A stretch of 64,000 nucleotides of DNA from Candidatus Bathyarchaeota archaeon (GTDB lineage Archaea; Thermoproteota; Bathyarchaeia; Bathyarchaeales; Bathycorpusculaceae). The DNA lies in the NCBI GenBank assembly GCA_963832745.1, contig CAWHVC010000003.1:736001-800000 (forward strand), in the 5' to 3' direction. The stretch's first letter is position 1. The number at the start of each line of letters is the position of its first letter. Positions 19,553-30,994 of this stretch are shown here, piece after piece. The position numbers and the translations under genes were made by a program. Under the pieces are notes generated by a model. It worked only from the letters and a program-made list of their open reading frames with translations, was not told the origin of the DNA and searched no databases.

Positions 19553-21808
19553 TTGTCGAAAGAGCAAGTTGCTAGCGGTTTAAAATCTTTTGGAAAACTA
19601 CGTTTCAAGGTTAATCATTCCTCTATCATTGTAATTTCAGCATTGATTCTGATACTCTTTGTTGCATTTACCATACGTATTTTACCTTTGCGTTGGGAAA
19701 TTCCATCAGGTCAAATTCACTTAAACGAGTTCGACCCATACTATCAATACAGTATTACTAATTACATGGTGCATAATGGATTATTCTCGCCGTACACTAA
19801 TCACTGGGTTAATTATCAACAATGGTATCCTGCTGGTCTTGACATGTATAATGCTCTACCATCATTGCCTATGACAGCAGCCGCATTATATCAAGTGGTT
19901 AGCTTTTTTGGCGTAAATGTCGATTTAATGGCGTTTTGTTCAGTATTAACCGTGGTTTTAGGAACCCTGTCAGTCTTACTACTTTACTTCATCGGAAAAG
20001 ACATGGGTGGGCGAGCACTCGGATTATTTGCTGCATTGATCTTCGCATTAGCTCCTTCATTCCTGCAGAGAAGCTCTCTTGGATTCTTCGACACTGAAAT
20101 CCCCGGTGTCCTCGGATTACTCTTATTCATACTGTTGTTTATGAGGTCTATGGATTCGAAACGTTCAATCCGCGGAAGCCTGATTTATTCAGTAGGAGCA
20201 GCTTTAGCGTTAGCCTACTTCATTTCAGGTTGGGGTGCAGCATATTACATCTTAGACTTAACAGCGCTCTTTGCGTTCGTACTGGTGATACTAAAACGGT
20301 ACGATCAACGTTTGCTCATCAATTACAGTGTGACTATGGGGCTTGGTTTGCTTATTGCAACACAAGTTCCATACGTTGGACTTGCCTACTTGACGTCAGC
20401 TCCAATGATTCCAGTTGCAGCAGTATTCATTGTGTTACTTGTCGCTGAATTGTTACGTCACAACGTGTCAGCAAAGACCAAAATGATTGTAGCAGCAGCG
20501 TCAGTTGCCGCAATAGTTGTCAGCTTTATTCCCCTATGGTACTTAGGTTATCTCGGAAGTATTGCAAACAAGTTCGCTTCAGTCATCGACCCATTTACAC
20601 GTGCAGCAGCACCATTAATTGCGTCAGTAGCTGAACACAGAATCTCTGCATGGGGCAATCTTTACTATGAACTGGGTATAGGCATATTATTCTTCCTCAT
20701 AGGTCTATACTTCGTATTGAAAAACCCTACAAACCGCAACGTGTTCATACTCATCTTCGGCGCAACAGGACTATACTTTGGCGCTTCAATGGTACGTTTA
20801 CTGGTAATCTTTGCACCAGCATTCGCATTACTCATGGGCATAGGCATAATTGGAACGTTAAAACCATTCATGACATTGCTTAAAGAAACACCAAATGCAG
20901 CCGGAAAAGCAAAACGCAAACTAGTCCGTGTCAGCAAAGAGTTCAGCGGTCTTGGTGTTCTGTTGATCTTCATTATCCTCATGACACAGTTTGCTTTCAC
21001 CCCACAAACAGGCGGAATGCCACGAGTCTATGACAGCGCTTACGTGCCAACGTCAATCAGTTCCTCAAGCCTTCCAATAATTCCAAACGAGCAAGTGCCT
21101 CAATGGTTAAACATGCTAAGCTACACCAAGGATAATCTGAAATCAACAGATGTAGTGGTTGCATGGTGGGATTACGGTTACTGGCTAAGCATTATGGGTA
21201 ACGTGACTACGCTTGCTGATAACGCTACAGTTAACAGTACGCAAATACAAAACTTGGGCTTTGTGTACATGGGTACCGAAGATCAAGCGTTGCAGATGCT
21301 TTCCACCTATGGTCAAGAAAACGTCAAATACATACTAGTCTTCGAAGTTTTAGCTGTTCGGTCAGCTCAAACCTCTGATGGACAATCAGTATACGTTTCC
21401 TACCCCTACGGTTTAGGTGATGAAGGTAAATGGATGTGGATGGCCAGAATCTCTGGAGAAGCCAAAGACCGACTAATAAGCGAAGGCTTTATGAATCCAA
21501 ATCAGGCATGGACAGACGAATATGCATTCGGAAACACCAGTAGCACAACCAATCAATGGGTATGGAATACACAAGGGCAGAACACTACAATCTACAAATT
21601 GCTGAGCAACACAGAACACGTGTTCACTAACAGCACTAATGGTTACGTTCAACCATCAAGCAGTGCAGTGACACTGAATTACTTTGAACCAGTATACGTT
21701 TCAGGCGCAGAAATCACAAGCCTAAATCAATACGGCGGTCTAATTCCACTGGTTGCCCTCTACAAGATTGACTGGGACGCTTACAATGCAGCCCACCCAA
21801 CCTCCTAA
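19553..21808 (+). CDS. aglB: Oligosaccharyltransferase AglB (STT3)
   Basis: EFDPYY, GFFDTE, SVAEH, WWDYG, ADNAT, DEGKWMWM; multiple TM helices. Confidence 0.96.
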   Translation: MSKEQVASGLKSFGKLRFKVNHSSIIVISALILILFVAFTIRILPLRWEIPSGQIHLNEFDPYYQYSITNYMVHNGLFSPYTNHWVNYQQWYPAGLDMYNALPSLPMTAAALYQVVSFFGVNVDLMAFCSVLTVVLGTLSVLLLYFIGKDMGGRALGLFAALIFALAPSFLQRSSLGFFDTEIPGVLGLLLFILLFMRSMDSKRSIRGSLIYSVGAALALAYFISGWGAAYYILDLTALFAFVLVILKRYDQRLLINYSVTMGLGLLIATQVPYVGLAYLTSAPMIPVAAVFIVLLVAELLRHNVSAKTKMIVAAASVAAIVVSFIPLWYLGYLGSIANKFASVIDPFTRAAAPLIASVAEHRISAWGNLYYELGIGILFFLIGLYFVLKNPTNRNVFILIFGATGLYFGASMVRLLVIFAPAFALLMGIGIIGTLKPFMTLLKETPNAAGKAKRKLVRVSKEFSGLGVLLIFIILMTQFAFTPQTGGMPRVYDSAYVPTSISSSSLPIIPNEQVPQWLNMLSYTKDNLKSTDVVVAWWDYGYWLSIMGNVTTLADNATVNSTQIQNLGFVYMGTEDQALQMLSTYGQENVKYILVFEVLAVRSAQTSDGQSVYVSYPYGLGDEGKWMWMARISGEAKDRLISEGFMNPNQAWTDEYAFGNTSSTTNQWVWNTQGQNTTIYKLLSNTEHVFTNSTNGYVQPSSSAVTLNYFEPVYVSGAEITSLNQYGGLIPLVALYKIDWDAYNAAHPTS

Positions 21809-21835
21809 TTTAGTCCAATAGGAAGCGGCTAAAGC

Positions 21836-22720
21836 GTGTTTCCGAAAGTCCCAGACCAACACAAAACCGGAAAACCTTTAGTCCCCAACGGTTTAGGCGT
21901 AATATACGTCCTATTCACAACCGTATACCTCTTTTTACTCTACTTTCTCGGAGAAGGTCACTCCATCACTGCTGACATTTCTGCACCCCTAACACTTGCA
22001 GTCTGCATCCTCTTCGGCGGCTTCATGGGCTTGCTCGATGACTGGATGGATCTAAAATGGCGATACAAAGCTTTCATGCCGCTAATCGCAGCGTTGCCGC
22101 TGATTTACTTTGCAATGGGAATGGGCGCCAGAACATCAATTACTTTGCCTTTCATCGGTTTTATTGACTTTGGAGTCTGGTACTTTTATCTTATAATTCC
22201 TTTAATCGTAATGATAGTCACTAACACGGTGAACATGCTTGGCGGCTTTAACGGACTTGAATCTCTTTGCCCAGCAATCGTGCTCATAGGCTTAATGGGA
22301 ATTTCACTTGAAAATTCCCCAACCTTATACTTACTTATGCTTGGCCCCATTATTTTCTGGCTTATACTTACAGGCTTAAACCTACAAGGAAAAATTTTCG
22401 TAGGAAACTCTGGAAGCTTCGCAATTGGCATGACCATTGCAGCCTTTCCCAATTATCGCTGACTTAAAAGCTCAGCCTGCTAATATCCATAATTCCATAC
22501 ATTTTCAACTCTTCGCTCATTCTGTTAACGGTATTCTTTACTCATAAAAAAGCCCTAATAACATTCAAAGACGGCAAACTTGAATCAAGACCACAGACGC
22601 AGCTTAGTTACAGCAATAACTTATCATCGCCCCTTAACTGAACGCCAAATAGTTGCTAATAGTTTCCGCTGATAGTTGCAGCATTCACGTTACTTGCGGT
22701 TCTATTATACCTTGTTAACT
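21836..22720 (+). CDS. UDP-GlcNAc:dolichol-phosphate GlcNAc-1-P transferase (MraY/GPT, AglH-like); C-terminus broken by several frameshifts, end approximate
   Basis: GLLDD, NTVNMLGGFNGL, KIFVGNSGS; fragments in shifted frames after 22447 (LLISIIPYIFNSSLIL, HRRSLVTAITYHRPLTERQIV). Confidence 0.8.
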
Positions 22721-25467
22721 TAAGCCAAAAACTGCGCAAGTTTAGTTAAACCGATGATTTCCTCAAAATTCAAACCCAACGCGTCAAGCACTTGGTCAAA
22801 AGTTGCTTGTAGATATGCTATGTACTTGTCTGTGTCGATTTCGTTCTTGTATGTTAGCTCTACCGGTTTTACGCGTTCCTTGTTGCTGTTGACTTTTACG
22901 AAGCTGATAAGGTCGCCTGCTTTTTGTTCTTTGCCGCTTTTCTGCAAAATCAACGCGGCCTTTACATGCTGTGGCGTTGTTTTCGTGTAGCGGCTTAAGT
23001 CGTCCCCTAAAACCATGTGGAAAGCCAGTTCCGTGTTGTCGGTCCACTCTCTGCGTTTGAGCCGCATGTAGCGGTCTTTAACTATGCTTGCAATGTCTTT
23101 CTTTGCAACCTCGAATTCCGCTGGGCTTTTTACTTTTGCAAGCCGATCTTTCATTTGGTTAAAAGCGTCTTTGATGAAAATTGGAATGTGCTTCTTTTTA
23201 CCTGTTAAGCCTTTTACGTCAACTGTGCCGTCTTCCAAGACGCCAAGGTAATTCTTTTTGCGTGAACTAAATACTGCATATCGGTAGGTTTTGTCTACGT
23301 CTATGCCCATGTTCAATTCGTGCTCAGTGTAGCGTACTACTTCTTCAATTTGCTCTTTTGTTGGATTCTTAAGGAATAAACTGTCAGTGTCGCCGTAAAG
23401 AACTTTGATGCCTTGGGTTTCAGCATGTTTAAGGATTTGAGTGATGCTGTAGCGGCCGATTGCGGCGGTTGCTTCCGCGACTGGTGGACAGTAAAGGTCA
23501 AAACTGTCAGCTCCAAAAACGCCGTAGCTAGCGTTCAAAATGACTTTAAGTGCGCCTTGAGCGGTGTTGTACCAGCTTCTAAGTTCCGGCGGCAGTGACT
23601 TGTCTTTGGCGCGGCTTTTGTACCAGCGGACACGCAAATCTCTAAGCGAGCCAATTAGCAAGCTTTCCAACGCCCGTTTCTGGGTGCAAACCCAATGCTG
23701 TGTATCTGGTATCATTTGGCTTCTGCATTCAGGATGTTCGCAATCAATTGATTGGTAGCCAAGGTTCCAAACTTTAATGATTGACGGGTACAGGCTTGGA
23801 AAGTCCATAACTGCAACGTTAAAGTGAACTCCTGGCGTGGGTTCAACAACTATGGCGCCCTTGTATTTTTTGCCTTTAATTACTGCCGTCGTGCTGGTTT
23901 TGCCTTTCTTGGTTAGGATGTCTTCAGCGTTTGGAATTAAGTATCCTCGTTTGCGGTGTTCTCGATGCATGAAGTTACGTATCCAGCGGCTGACTCCCTG
24001 GCGGCTGACGTCCTCCATTGGCATGCTGCTGATTCTGGTTAAAACAAGCAACAGTTTCATGGCTGAGTCGTCTTCGAAGCTTGTTAGCTTGTAGGTGATT
24101 TCTGAGTCGCGTAGACAGTACTGAGCAAGTTCACTGTATGAGAGGTCACCAAACGCTTTGTCTAAATGGATTTTTTCCATGCCAAGCAGTGCTGCGCCTA
24201 CGTCGCCGAGGCTTACGTCTTTATAGCGGTTACTATAAGCGTAAATTTGAATAGAACGGTTAAAGAAAAACTTGTAAAGGTCAATGTGGATCCCATATTT
24301 TAATAGGCAGACACGTTTTCCCACTTCAATTGGGATTTCGTTTCTGGAAAAACCAAGGTTCAATGCCCGGTGCACAAGGAAGCGAAGATCAAAGTCGTCA
24401 CCGTTAAAAGTTAAAATGAATGGAAAATCATTTAAAACCTTGAAAACCTTCCGTAGCAGGTCTTCTTCAGTTTCACAGTATTCTACCGTTATGTCATTTG
24501 TAACTTGGAGTTTTTCGTTCTCTCTGTCTCTCCGTTTAAGAACAAGAACTTTTTTGTCTCCCTCGGAACTATAAATCGAACAAGCAATTACTGGACAGAA
24601 ACCTTCCCGAGCATCAGGAACACGGTTAGACAAGGGCGAGTAAACCTCAATGTCAATGGCTGCTCGTCGAAACTTTGGCGCAGGATACTCTAGCAGTTTA
24701 GCCCACATCTCCGCAAACTCCCGCTCCTCTGGCGTGGCGTCATTGAAGATTTCACGGATTTTCGCAAGAGTCTGTTCAGCCTGGTGAACGGTGGCTTCTT
24801 CTAGGTTGCCGTCTTTTACTTGATACATCATTCCCGGCAAAAGCTGGCGATCATAAATGTATGATTGGTAATATTTGATTTTGGATTCCCAGACTTTAGT
24901 GTCGCTGTCTTGGATTTGGCAGCCGCACACTTGAATGTGGTCTTCTGGGATAATGTCTCTTATTGTACCGTTTGGCCTGCCACCGATGGCAAGAGGGTCT
25001 TTGGCAACTATTTTAGTAACTTGGATTGTTTGGTTAGATAGTGGATCAAACCGTTGCTCAGTTATGCAACTGTCGTAACCTTGATGGTTAACTATTCGGT
25101 CAAACTGTAACACTTTCTCTTTAGACAGGCTGGTTAAACAGTAAGGTTTGTGGCCTGTGTTGTCATACCAGAAATACAGTTCACCCGATTCCGGTTCATA
25201 CAGTTTAACAATAGCTTTCTGTTGGCGGCCATCATAGGCTGCGGAGACAAAGTATGAAGGTGAAAGGTTAACTGGAGCAATTGGAGGCAACACGCGGGGT
25301 TTTCTTTCTTTTTTTACTGGTGCAGAAACAACTTTTTCTTCCATTTGCTCAGTTAATGGTGCTGTTTGGGGGTCTGGTTTAATTTCAGCTTGCGCTGGTT
25401 TAAGCTGAGGCGTTACTGGCTTGCTTTCTTGCTGCCAGAATGAGTCTAAGGTTCTGTTTTGCACCAT
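22720..25467 (-). CDS. polB: Family B DNA polymerase (PolB1-type)
   Basis: Exonuclease DIE, FNGDDFD, YCLRD; polymerase DFPSLYPS, KVILNASYG, YGDTDS, KKNY. Confidence 0.96.
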   Translation of the reverse strand: MVQNRTLDSFWQQESKPVTPQLKPAQAEIKPDPQTAPLTEQMEEKVVSAPVKKERKPRVLPPIAPVNLSPSYFVSAAYDGRQQKAIVKLYEPESGELYFWYDNTGHKPYCLTSLSKEKVLQFDRIVNHQGYDSCITEQRFDPLSNQTIQVTKIVAKDPLAIGGRPNGTIRDIIPEDHIQVCGCQIQDSDTKVWESKIKYYQSYIYDRQLLPGMMYQVKDGNLEEATVHQAEQTLAKIREIFNDATPEEREFAEMWAKLLEYPAPKFRRAAIDIEVYSPLSNRVPDAREGFCPVIACSIYSSEGDKKVLVLKRRDRENEKLQVTNDITVEYCETEEDLLRKVFKVLNDFPFILTFNGDDFDLRFLVHRALNLGFSRNEIPIEVGKRVCLLKYGIHIDLYKFFFNRSIQIYAYSNRYKDVSLGDVGAALLGMEKIHLDKAFGDLSYSELAQYCLRDSEITYKLTSFEDDSAMKLLLVLTRISSMPMEDVSRQGVSRWIRNFMHREHRKRGYLIPNAEDILTKKGKTSTTAVIKGKKYKGAIVVEPTPGVHFNVAVMDFPSLYPSIIKVWNLGYQSIDCEHPECRSQMIPDTQHWVCTQKRALESLLIGSLRDLRVRWYKSRAKDKSLPPELRSWYNTAQGALKVILNASYGVFGADSFDLYCPPVAEATAAIGRYSITQILKHAETQGIKVLYGDTDSLFLKNPTKEQIEEVVRYTEHELNMGIDVDKTYRYAVFSSRKKNYLGVLEDGTVDVKGLTGKKKHIPIFIKDAFNQMKDRLAKVKSPAEFEVAKKDIASIVKDRYMRLKRREWTDNTELAFHMVLGDDLSRYTKTTPQHVKAALILQKSGKEQKAGDLISFVKVNSNKERVKPVELTYKNEIDTDKYIAYLQATFDQVLDALGLNFEEIIGLTKLAQFLA

Positions 25468-25612
25468 TCCCTCTCTTTTCCTTAGCTCTCACTATGGTAT
25501 TGACCGACTAAAATCTTTACCTTACCTAAAAACGTAAAGTTACCTTGTAACAAGTTAAATGTAGATTTAAAAAATGTTTAAAAAAAGGGCTGATTTTTCT
25601 TTTTAGGGTTGT

Positions 25613-25762
25613 TTATTCCCATTCTTCTTCGTATTCCTTTCCTTCACGGATAAGTTCTCTTACACGTGGGCCACCTTTAGCTCCACCTTTCCGTCCGGCT
25701 TCCGAAACAGACATTTTGCCTTTCTCAATATCAATATCTTCATCCCTATGCTTTCTTGACAT
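25613..25762 (-). CDS. 49-aa KGG-motif hydrophilic stress protein (GsiB/Em-like; absent from the ORF track)
   Basis: MSRKHRDEDIDIEKGKMSVSEAGRKGGAKGGPRVRELIREGKEYEEEWE; strong SD GGAGGTGA upstream. Confidence 0.8.
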   Translation of the reverse strand: MSRKHRDEDIDIEKGKMSVSEAGRKGGAKGGPRVRELIREGKEYEEEWE

Positions 25763-25984
25763 ACTTGTTCACCTCCATTCTGGTGAGCCTTGGGGTTTAG
25801 AAACACATGCTTCTACACGAATGAAAACTTCATAAACATATGTGACTGTGACAAAGTCATTACACAAGTTTTCTGTATATAGATAATTTATCTCTGTATA
25901 TTTTACGTCGAGAAGTAATAATTTGTATTTTCACCAGTTTGACCCTGACCAGGTTACGACAAACTTTGGTCATACGGGTAAACG

Positions 25985-27733
25985 GTGAAAAAATTGAAAA
26001 AAACCACAAAAATGCTTCTTTTAAGTTTAGTTCTAGTTTGCATCACAACTTCCATATTTGCAGTTCCAGCACTCTCAACAAATTTCGGCAATAACGGCAG
26101 AAACGGTATAAAAAACGTCATCGTCCTAGTTCCGGACGGTTGCTCCCAAAGCATAGAAACTTTAGCCCGATGGTACAAAGGTGAACAATTAAACGTTGAC
26201 GGCATAATTACCGGCACAGTTGAAACCTATATGGCTAACTCAGTAATTACTGATTCCGCACCCGCCTCAACAGCGTTTGCTACTGGGCACAAATCAAGCA
26301 ACGGTTTCATAAGCGTTGGACCAAAAACAAGCGACCTATTAACCGGTTACACACCTGACTCAGAGCCATACGTGCCATTAGCCACAGTTCTTGAAGCTTC
26401 CAAACTTCAAGGTAAAGCAACCGGTCTTGTCGCTACAAGCACAGTAAGTCATGCTACACCAGCAGGATACGCAGCCCACAACTACAACAGAAATGACGAA
26501 TTAGATATTATTGAACAAATGGTCTATAACGATGTTGATGTCGTCTTTGGTGGTGGTGCAGCTGAGCTTTTCCCTAAAAACCAGAATTACACAACCACCT
26601 TTGGTGCTAACTGGACAGGTACAAGAACTGACGGCGAAAACCTTATTGATGCACTAACAAGCAAAGGCTACAAGTTTGTTGACAGCCAAAGCAGCATGAA
26701 CTCTCTGTATTCAGGAAAAGCTTGGGGCCTTTTTGCGCCAAGCAGCATGCAACCTGACATGGATCGTGCAATGTTTGCTCCAACTGAGCCTTCACTTGCA
26801 GAAATGACAAAGAAAGCTATACAACTACTTTCAAAAGACCGCGACGGATTCTTTTTAATGGTTGAAGGCAGCCAAGTGGACTGGGCAGACCACGCAAACG
26901 ACCCAATTTACGACGTAACAGACTTTTTAGCTTTTGATGACGCAGTCGGAGTAGCCCTTGACTTTGCCAAGAAAGACGGACAAACCTTAGTTATGGCGTT
27001 TCCTGACCACAATTGCGGCGGCTTGACCATTGGCAGCTATTACCAAGATAAAAATGCGGTTGGGCACTCATACACTGCAACAACAGTTGAAGATGTAATT
27101 GACCCCTTAAAAGGAATGCAAATAACCTCCACTGGCCTTGCAAACCTTGTCGCAGGAAAAACTGATGAGCAAACAAGAGACATAATCAACCAGTACTGGA
27201 GCTTAAGCTTGACAGTAGAGGATGTGCAAGCAATTAAAGCTTTAACTGTGGCTTCACCTACACGAGCCGCAGTAAGCATGGATTACGCAATTTCAGAGTA
27301 TGTTTGCCAGAAATACACTGTTTTCGGCTGGACAACCCATGGTCACACGGGTGAGGATGTTCCATTGTGGGCTTGGGGACCAAAAGATTCTGCTCCAGTT
27401 GGTCACTATGACAACACGGATATGGCAAAAATTGTTGCAAAAACCTTAGGGTTCAGCCTCAATCAAGTACAAAGCAGACTCTACGTTAATGTCACATCGG
27501 CTTTCAAATCAAACCAGTGGACACTAAACACGACTGATCCTGCAAACCCAGTTCTTCAAATCAGTTTGAAAGGAAAAATAGCATATCTGCCAATAAGCAA
27601 AGACGTTATGACAATAAAGTATAGCAACGGCTACACGAGAACCTATAATCTCGAAGGATTAGTTGTGCGTTCACCAATGATTAACGCAAACCAAGTCTTC
27701 GTGCCACAACAAGCAATCGCAATACTAAAATAA
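25985..27733 (+). CDS. phoA: Secreted alkaline phosphatase
   Basis: Signal peptide; VIVLVPDG, catalytic TDSAPASTAF, SHATPAG, MVEGSQVDWADH, PDH, GHTGEDV. Confidence 0.93.
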   Translation: MKKLKKTTKMLLLSLVLVCITTSIFAVPALSTNFGNNGRNGIKNVIVLVPDGCSQSIETLARWYKGEQLNVDGIITGTVETYMANSVITDSAPASTAFATGHKSSNGFISVGPKTSDLLTGYTPDSEPYVPLATVLEASKLQGKATGLVATSTVSHATPAGYAAHNYNRNDELDIIEQMVYNDVDVVFGGGAAELFPKNQNYTTTFGANWTGTRTDGENLIDALTSKGYKFVDSQSSMNSLYSGKAWGLFAPSSMQPDMDRAMFAPTEPSLAEMTKKAIQLLSKDRDGFFLMVEGSQVDWADHANDPIYDVTDFLAFDDAVGVALDFAKKDGQTLVMAFPDHNCGGLTIGSYYQDKNAVGHSYTATTVEDVIDPLKGMQITSTGLANLVAGKTDEQTRDIINQYWSLSLTVEDVQAIKALTVASPTRAAVSMDYAISEYVCQKYTVFGWTTHGHTGEDVPLWAWGPKDSAPVGHYDNTDMAKIVAKTLGFSLNQVQSRLYVNVTSAFKSNQWTLNTTDPANPVLQISLKGKIAYLPISKDVMTIKYSNGYTRTYNLEGLVVRSPMINANQVFVPQQAIAILK

Positions 27734-27777
27734 ACAACCAACATCAACCATTTTTTCTTCTTTAACCCTGTTTTAAT

Positions 27778-29175
27778 TTGAATCACTTATTTAGAAGCAT
27801 AACATTCACTGTAAGCTGTGAATTTGCAGTGTTGAAGAATGCTTGGACAATCGCTATTGAAACTTTAAGCTGGATTGAAATGCATCGGCTAAGTGAACAC
27901 ATAGCTTTAGCAAAAACAATCAAACAACTTGAAGAAACCAACCCAAACGCTATCCGTTACGCTTACGGTTTAGTCATTGAAACCACACGACGAAAAAACT
28001 TAATTGACAAATTCATAAACTATACCATTGAGCCTAAGAACATTGGCGAGTTTAATCTTGGTGTTCAATCATTTTTGCGTCTTTACGTTTACCAAACTCG
28101 CGTCACAAAAAACTGGGGGAAGTTTAACCTGCAAGATGCGCAAAGCATCGCCAGTATGGGTCGCTCAATCTTGGGGTGGCAAACTCTTCGGGAAGTTGAA
28201 CCCTACTTGGGTTTTCTGCTTACTCGTCAACTAAAACCTGTTTTGGAAGCAGCCGACGATGAGGAACGTTTAAGCCTTGAAACTTATCAGCCACTCTGGT
28301 TTGTTAAATACTGCGTAAACTTGCTTGGCAGCGAGGAAGCAGTGCCGTTTTTACATGCAAGCAACATTCCACCGCCCACTTACATCCGCCTCAACACCTT
28401 AAAGGGCAATCAAGAAGAAATAATCCAAAAACTCTCAGCTGAAGGCGTAAAACTAGAAAAAGCCGAGCCTCTGCAAGACACTTACAAGGTTCTAGAGCTT
28501 AAACAACCCCTAAACACACTCGACAGTTCAAAACTGGGCCTGTTTTACATTCAAGACAAAGCCAGCTGTTTCGCCGCGCAAGCCGCCGCTCCTAAAGTTG
28601 GCAGTAAAGTTTTCGATGTCTGCGCTGCACCCGGAGCCAAAACCACGTATCTTGCTCAACTAATGAAGAATCAAGGAAGCATTGTTTCTGTAGATTTCTC
28701 AAGGCGCCGCATGAAAACTTGGCGACAAGAAATCAATTACATGGGCGTAACAATTGCTGACGCAGTAACCGCAGACGCACGCCTATCACTGCCATTGATG
28801 GGTGAAGCGGATCTTGTCATTTTAGACCCTCCCTGCACCAGCACTGGCGTCTTTGCCAAGCAACCCTCAGCCAAATGGCGACTAAGCCAAAAATCAATAG
28901 AAAACATGGCAGAAGTGCAGCAGCAAATGATAAATAACTGCGCCCCAAAAGTCGGCCAAGGCGGATTCTTAACCTACTCGACCTGCAGTATAACTGTTGA
29001 AGAAAACGAGATGGTTATCGAACGTTTCCTAAAAGAGCATCCAGATTTCCATCTGGTAGAAATTGCACCCGAACTTGGTTTGCCTGGGTTGCGTGGGTTG
29101 ACACAGTGTCGACGGTTGTATCCACATTTGCATAAGTGCAACGGATTCTTCATAGCTAAACTCCAAAAAGCATAA
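27778..29175 (+). CDS. RsmB/NOL1/NOP2/Sun family RNA m5C methyltransferase (start probably near 27829)
   Basis: IQDKAS, DVCAAPGAKT, LDPPCTSTG, YSTCS, EENE, NGFFIAKL. Confidence 0.92.
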   Translation: MNHLFRSITFTVSCEFAVLKNAWTIAIETLSWIEMHRLSEHIALAKTIKQLEETNPNAIRYAYGLVIETTRRKNLIDKFINYTIEPKNIGEFNLGVQSFLRLYVYQTRVTKNWGKFNLQDAQSIASMGRSILGWQTLREVEPYLGFLLTRQLKPVLEAADDEERLSLETYQPLWFVKYCVNLLGSEEAVPFLHASNIPPPTYIRLNTLKGNQEEIIQKLSAEGVKLEKAEPLQDTYKVLELKQPLNTLDSSKLGLFYIQDKASCFAAQAAAPKVGSKVFDVCAAPGAKTTYLAQLMKNQGSIVSVDFSRRRMKTWRQEINYMGVTIADAVTADARLSLPLMGEADLVILDPPCTSTGVFAKQPSAKWRLSQKSIENMAEVQQQMINNCAPKVGQGGFLTYSTCSITVEENEMVIERFLKEHPDFHLVEIAPELGLPGLRGLTQCRRLYPHLHKCNGFFIAKLQKA

Positions 29176-29280
29176 CAAAAATGCTTAGTAAAGAAATCTT
29201 TACTAACTTTGGTAATGGTTTCTTTACGAAAATCCTTTTTACGCTTAATAAAACTATCAGATTTTGGTGACTAATGAAGC
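29176..29280 (+). promoter_or_regulatory. Duplicated upstream region containing a palindromic operator, copy 1
   Basis: TTAGTAAAG-AAAT-CTTTACTAA (29185-29206), a perfect inverted repeat; region is nearly repeated at 30892-30994. Confidence 0.7.
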
Positions 29281-30754
29281 ATGTATAAGGCAAAAGCTTG
29301 TATCTTGATAGTCAGTTTTCTTGTCTTATCTATTGTTTTTCTGAACCCCGAAAATGTGCAAGCTACAGGTACAACTTTGCCTAGTATAATCAGTTCTGAC
29401 ACAACACTGACCAAAGAAGGTAGTCCATACAGTATCCTTGGGTCAACACGAGTTAATGCTGGAGTTACTTTAACTATTCAAGCAGGTTCAACGATAAATC
29501 TTGGATCAAATTATATCCAAGTTGATGGAACTCTAAACGCACGAGGAACAAACTCAGATCCAATCTATATTTTTGGCGCAGCAGTCAATGCCGCACAAAT
29601 TAAATTCACAAATTCCAGCAATAGTTGGAATGAACAATCAGGCACTGGGTGCATAATTGAAAACGCAATAATTAACCAGACAGTAATTTCTATTACAAAT
29701 TGCTCTGTAAAGATAAACAGAGACGCCTTCAACGATAGCGCTGATATGCAGCATAATAACGTTGCAATTTTAACAAACGGTGGCTCATCAATCATTTCGA
29801 ACAACATTTTCAATCAATGTGGATTAGACATAAGCGATAGTTCAACAATTTCTAACAATGTCATCGGTGGCGGCATTGGACTTTGGGGTGGCTCTCCGGT
29901 AGTTACTAACAATCAAATTTCAGGCAGAAGCAGCTATTTCTGGATTGGAAGAAGCTTTGACCGAGATTATGAAACACTTGCAATTATGCAATTGTTCGCC
30001 AACGGTTTCAAATAATACAATTAACGGCGTCGTTGGCTTTAACGCGTTTGAGCACGAAGACAACGGATACAACTTTTACAATCATGCACTTATCACTGGC
30101 AACAGAATTAGTATAGGCTATGTTTATAATGTTGGAATTGACATTGGCGCTGGCACAGGATCAATCGATATTATTAACAACGTAATCTCTGACGTGCCTA
30201 CAGGCATAAAAATTAGTAACATGACAGAAATTGGAGTTAAAATTCAAGGTAACTTGATAATTAGCAGTAACGTCACCGCAATTTATGCAGCAGGAAACAC
30301 AATTATCCAAAATAACACGCTTTATAATACCGGAATCGGCATAACCCTAAGCAACGCCGCTTCTCCTATAATAAGCGGTAACAATATTGATAACAGCAGT
30401 CAGTACAGCCTCAAATTAATCGGTACATCCAGCAACATTGAAGCTTCTAACAACTGGTGGGGAACTACTGACACACAGAAAATAACCCAAAGCATCTACG
30501 ACCAGAAATATGACTTCAACCTTGGGGAAGTAAACATCACACCAATCCTAACTGCTCCAAACCCACAAGCACCATTACCTCAGCTAGATGCTTCATTGAC
30601 CCCAACTGCAACAGTTACAGATGCTTCGCCGACGCCTACAACTCCCGAATACTCAATAATGGCAGTTCTTGTCCTGCTGACTGCAGCAACACTTGCGTTA
30701 CTATTGGGTATAAGAAAAATGCCGACAAAAAATTCAGCAGTAAAAAAATCGTAG
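29281..30754 (+). CDS. Parallel beta-helix cell-surface protein with PEF-CTERM-like anchor, frameshifted near 29990
   Basis: Signal peptide, N/I/S-rich PbH1-like repeats, NNWWGT, P/T linker, TPEYS + TM + RK; joins ORFs 29281..30015 and 29945..30754. Confidence 0.8.
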
Positions 30755-30891
30755 GTCCGGCTTGCGTTTCGTTGACATTTTTTTGCTCTTTTAACTGCTT
30801 TCAAACGTCATATTTGGCGCCATAGACTATTAGAGCCTAAAAGCAGCGGGAGCTAAACAGTTTATTTATAATTAGACATCGAAAAGTATAG

Positions 30892-30994
30892 CAAAAATGC
30901 TTAGTAAAGAAATCCTTACTAACTTTAGTCATGGTTTGTTTACGAAAACTCTTTTTACATTTCAAGCAGCTTCCATTTTTGGTGTCACTGAAGT
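30892..30994 (+). promoter_or_regulatory. Duplicated upstream region containing a palindromic operator, copy 2
   Basis: TTAGTAAAGAAATCCTTACTAA at 30901-30922, one mismatch to copy 1. Confidence 0.7.

Noticed and set aside
30810-30843. TATTTGG...CTATTAGAGCC resembling the left module of the dispersed repeat
   Set aside because: Lacks the TGCAGAAACCTA core; too short to call a fifth copy.
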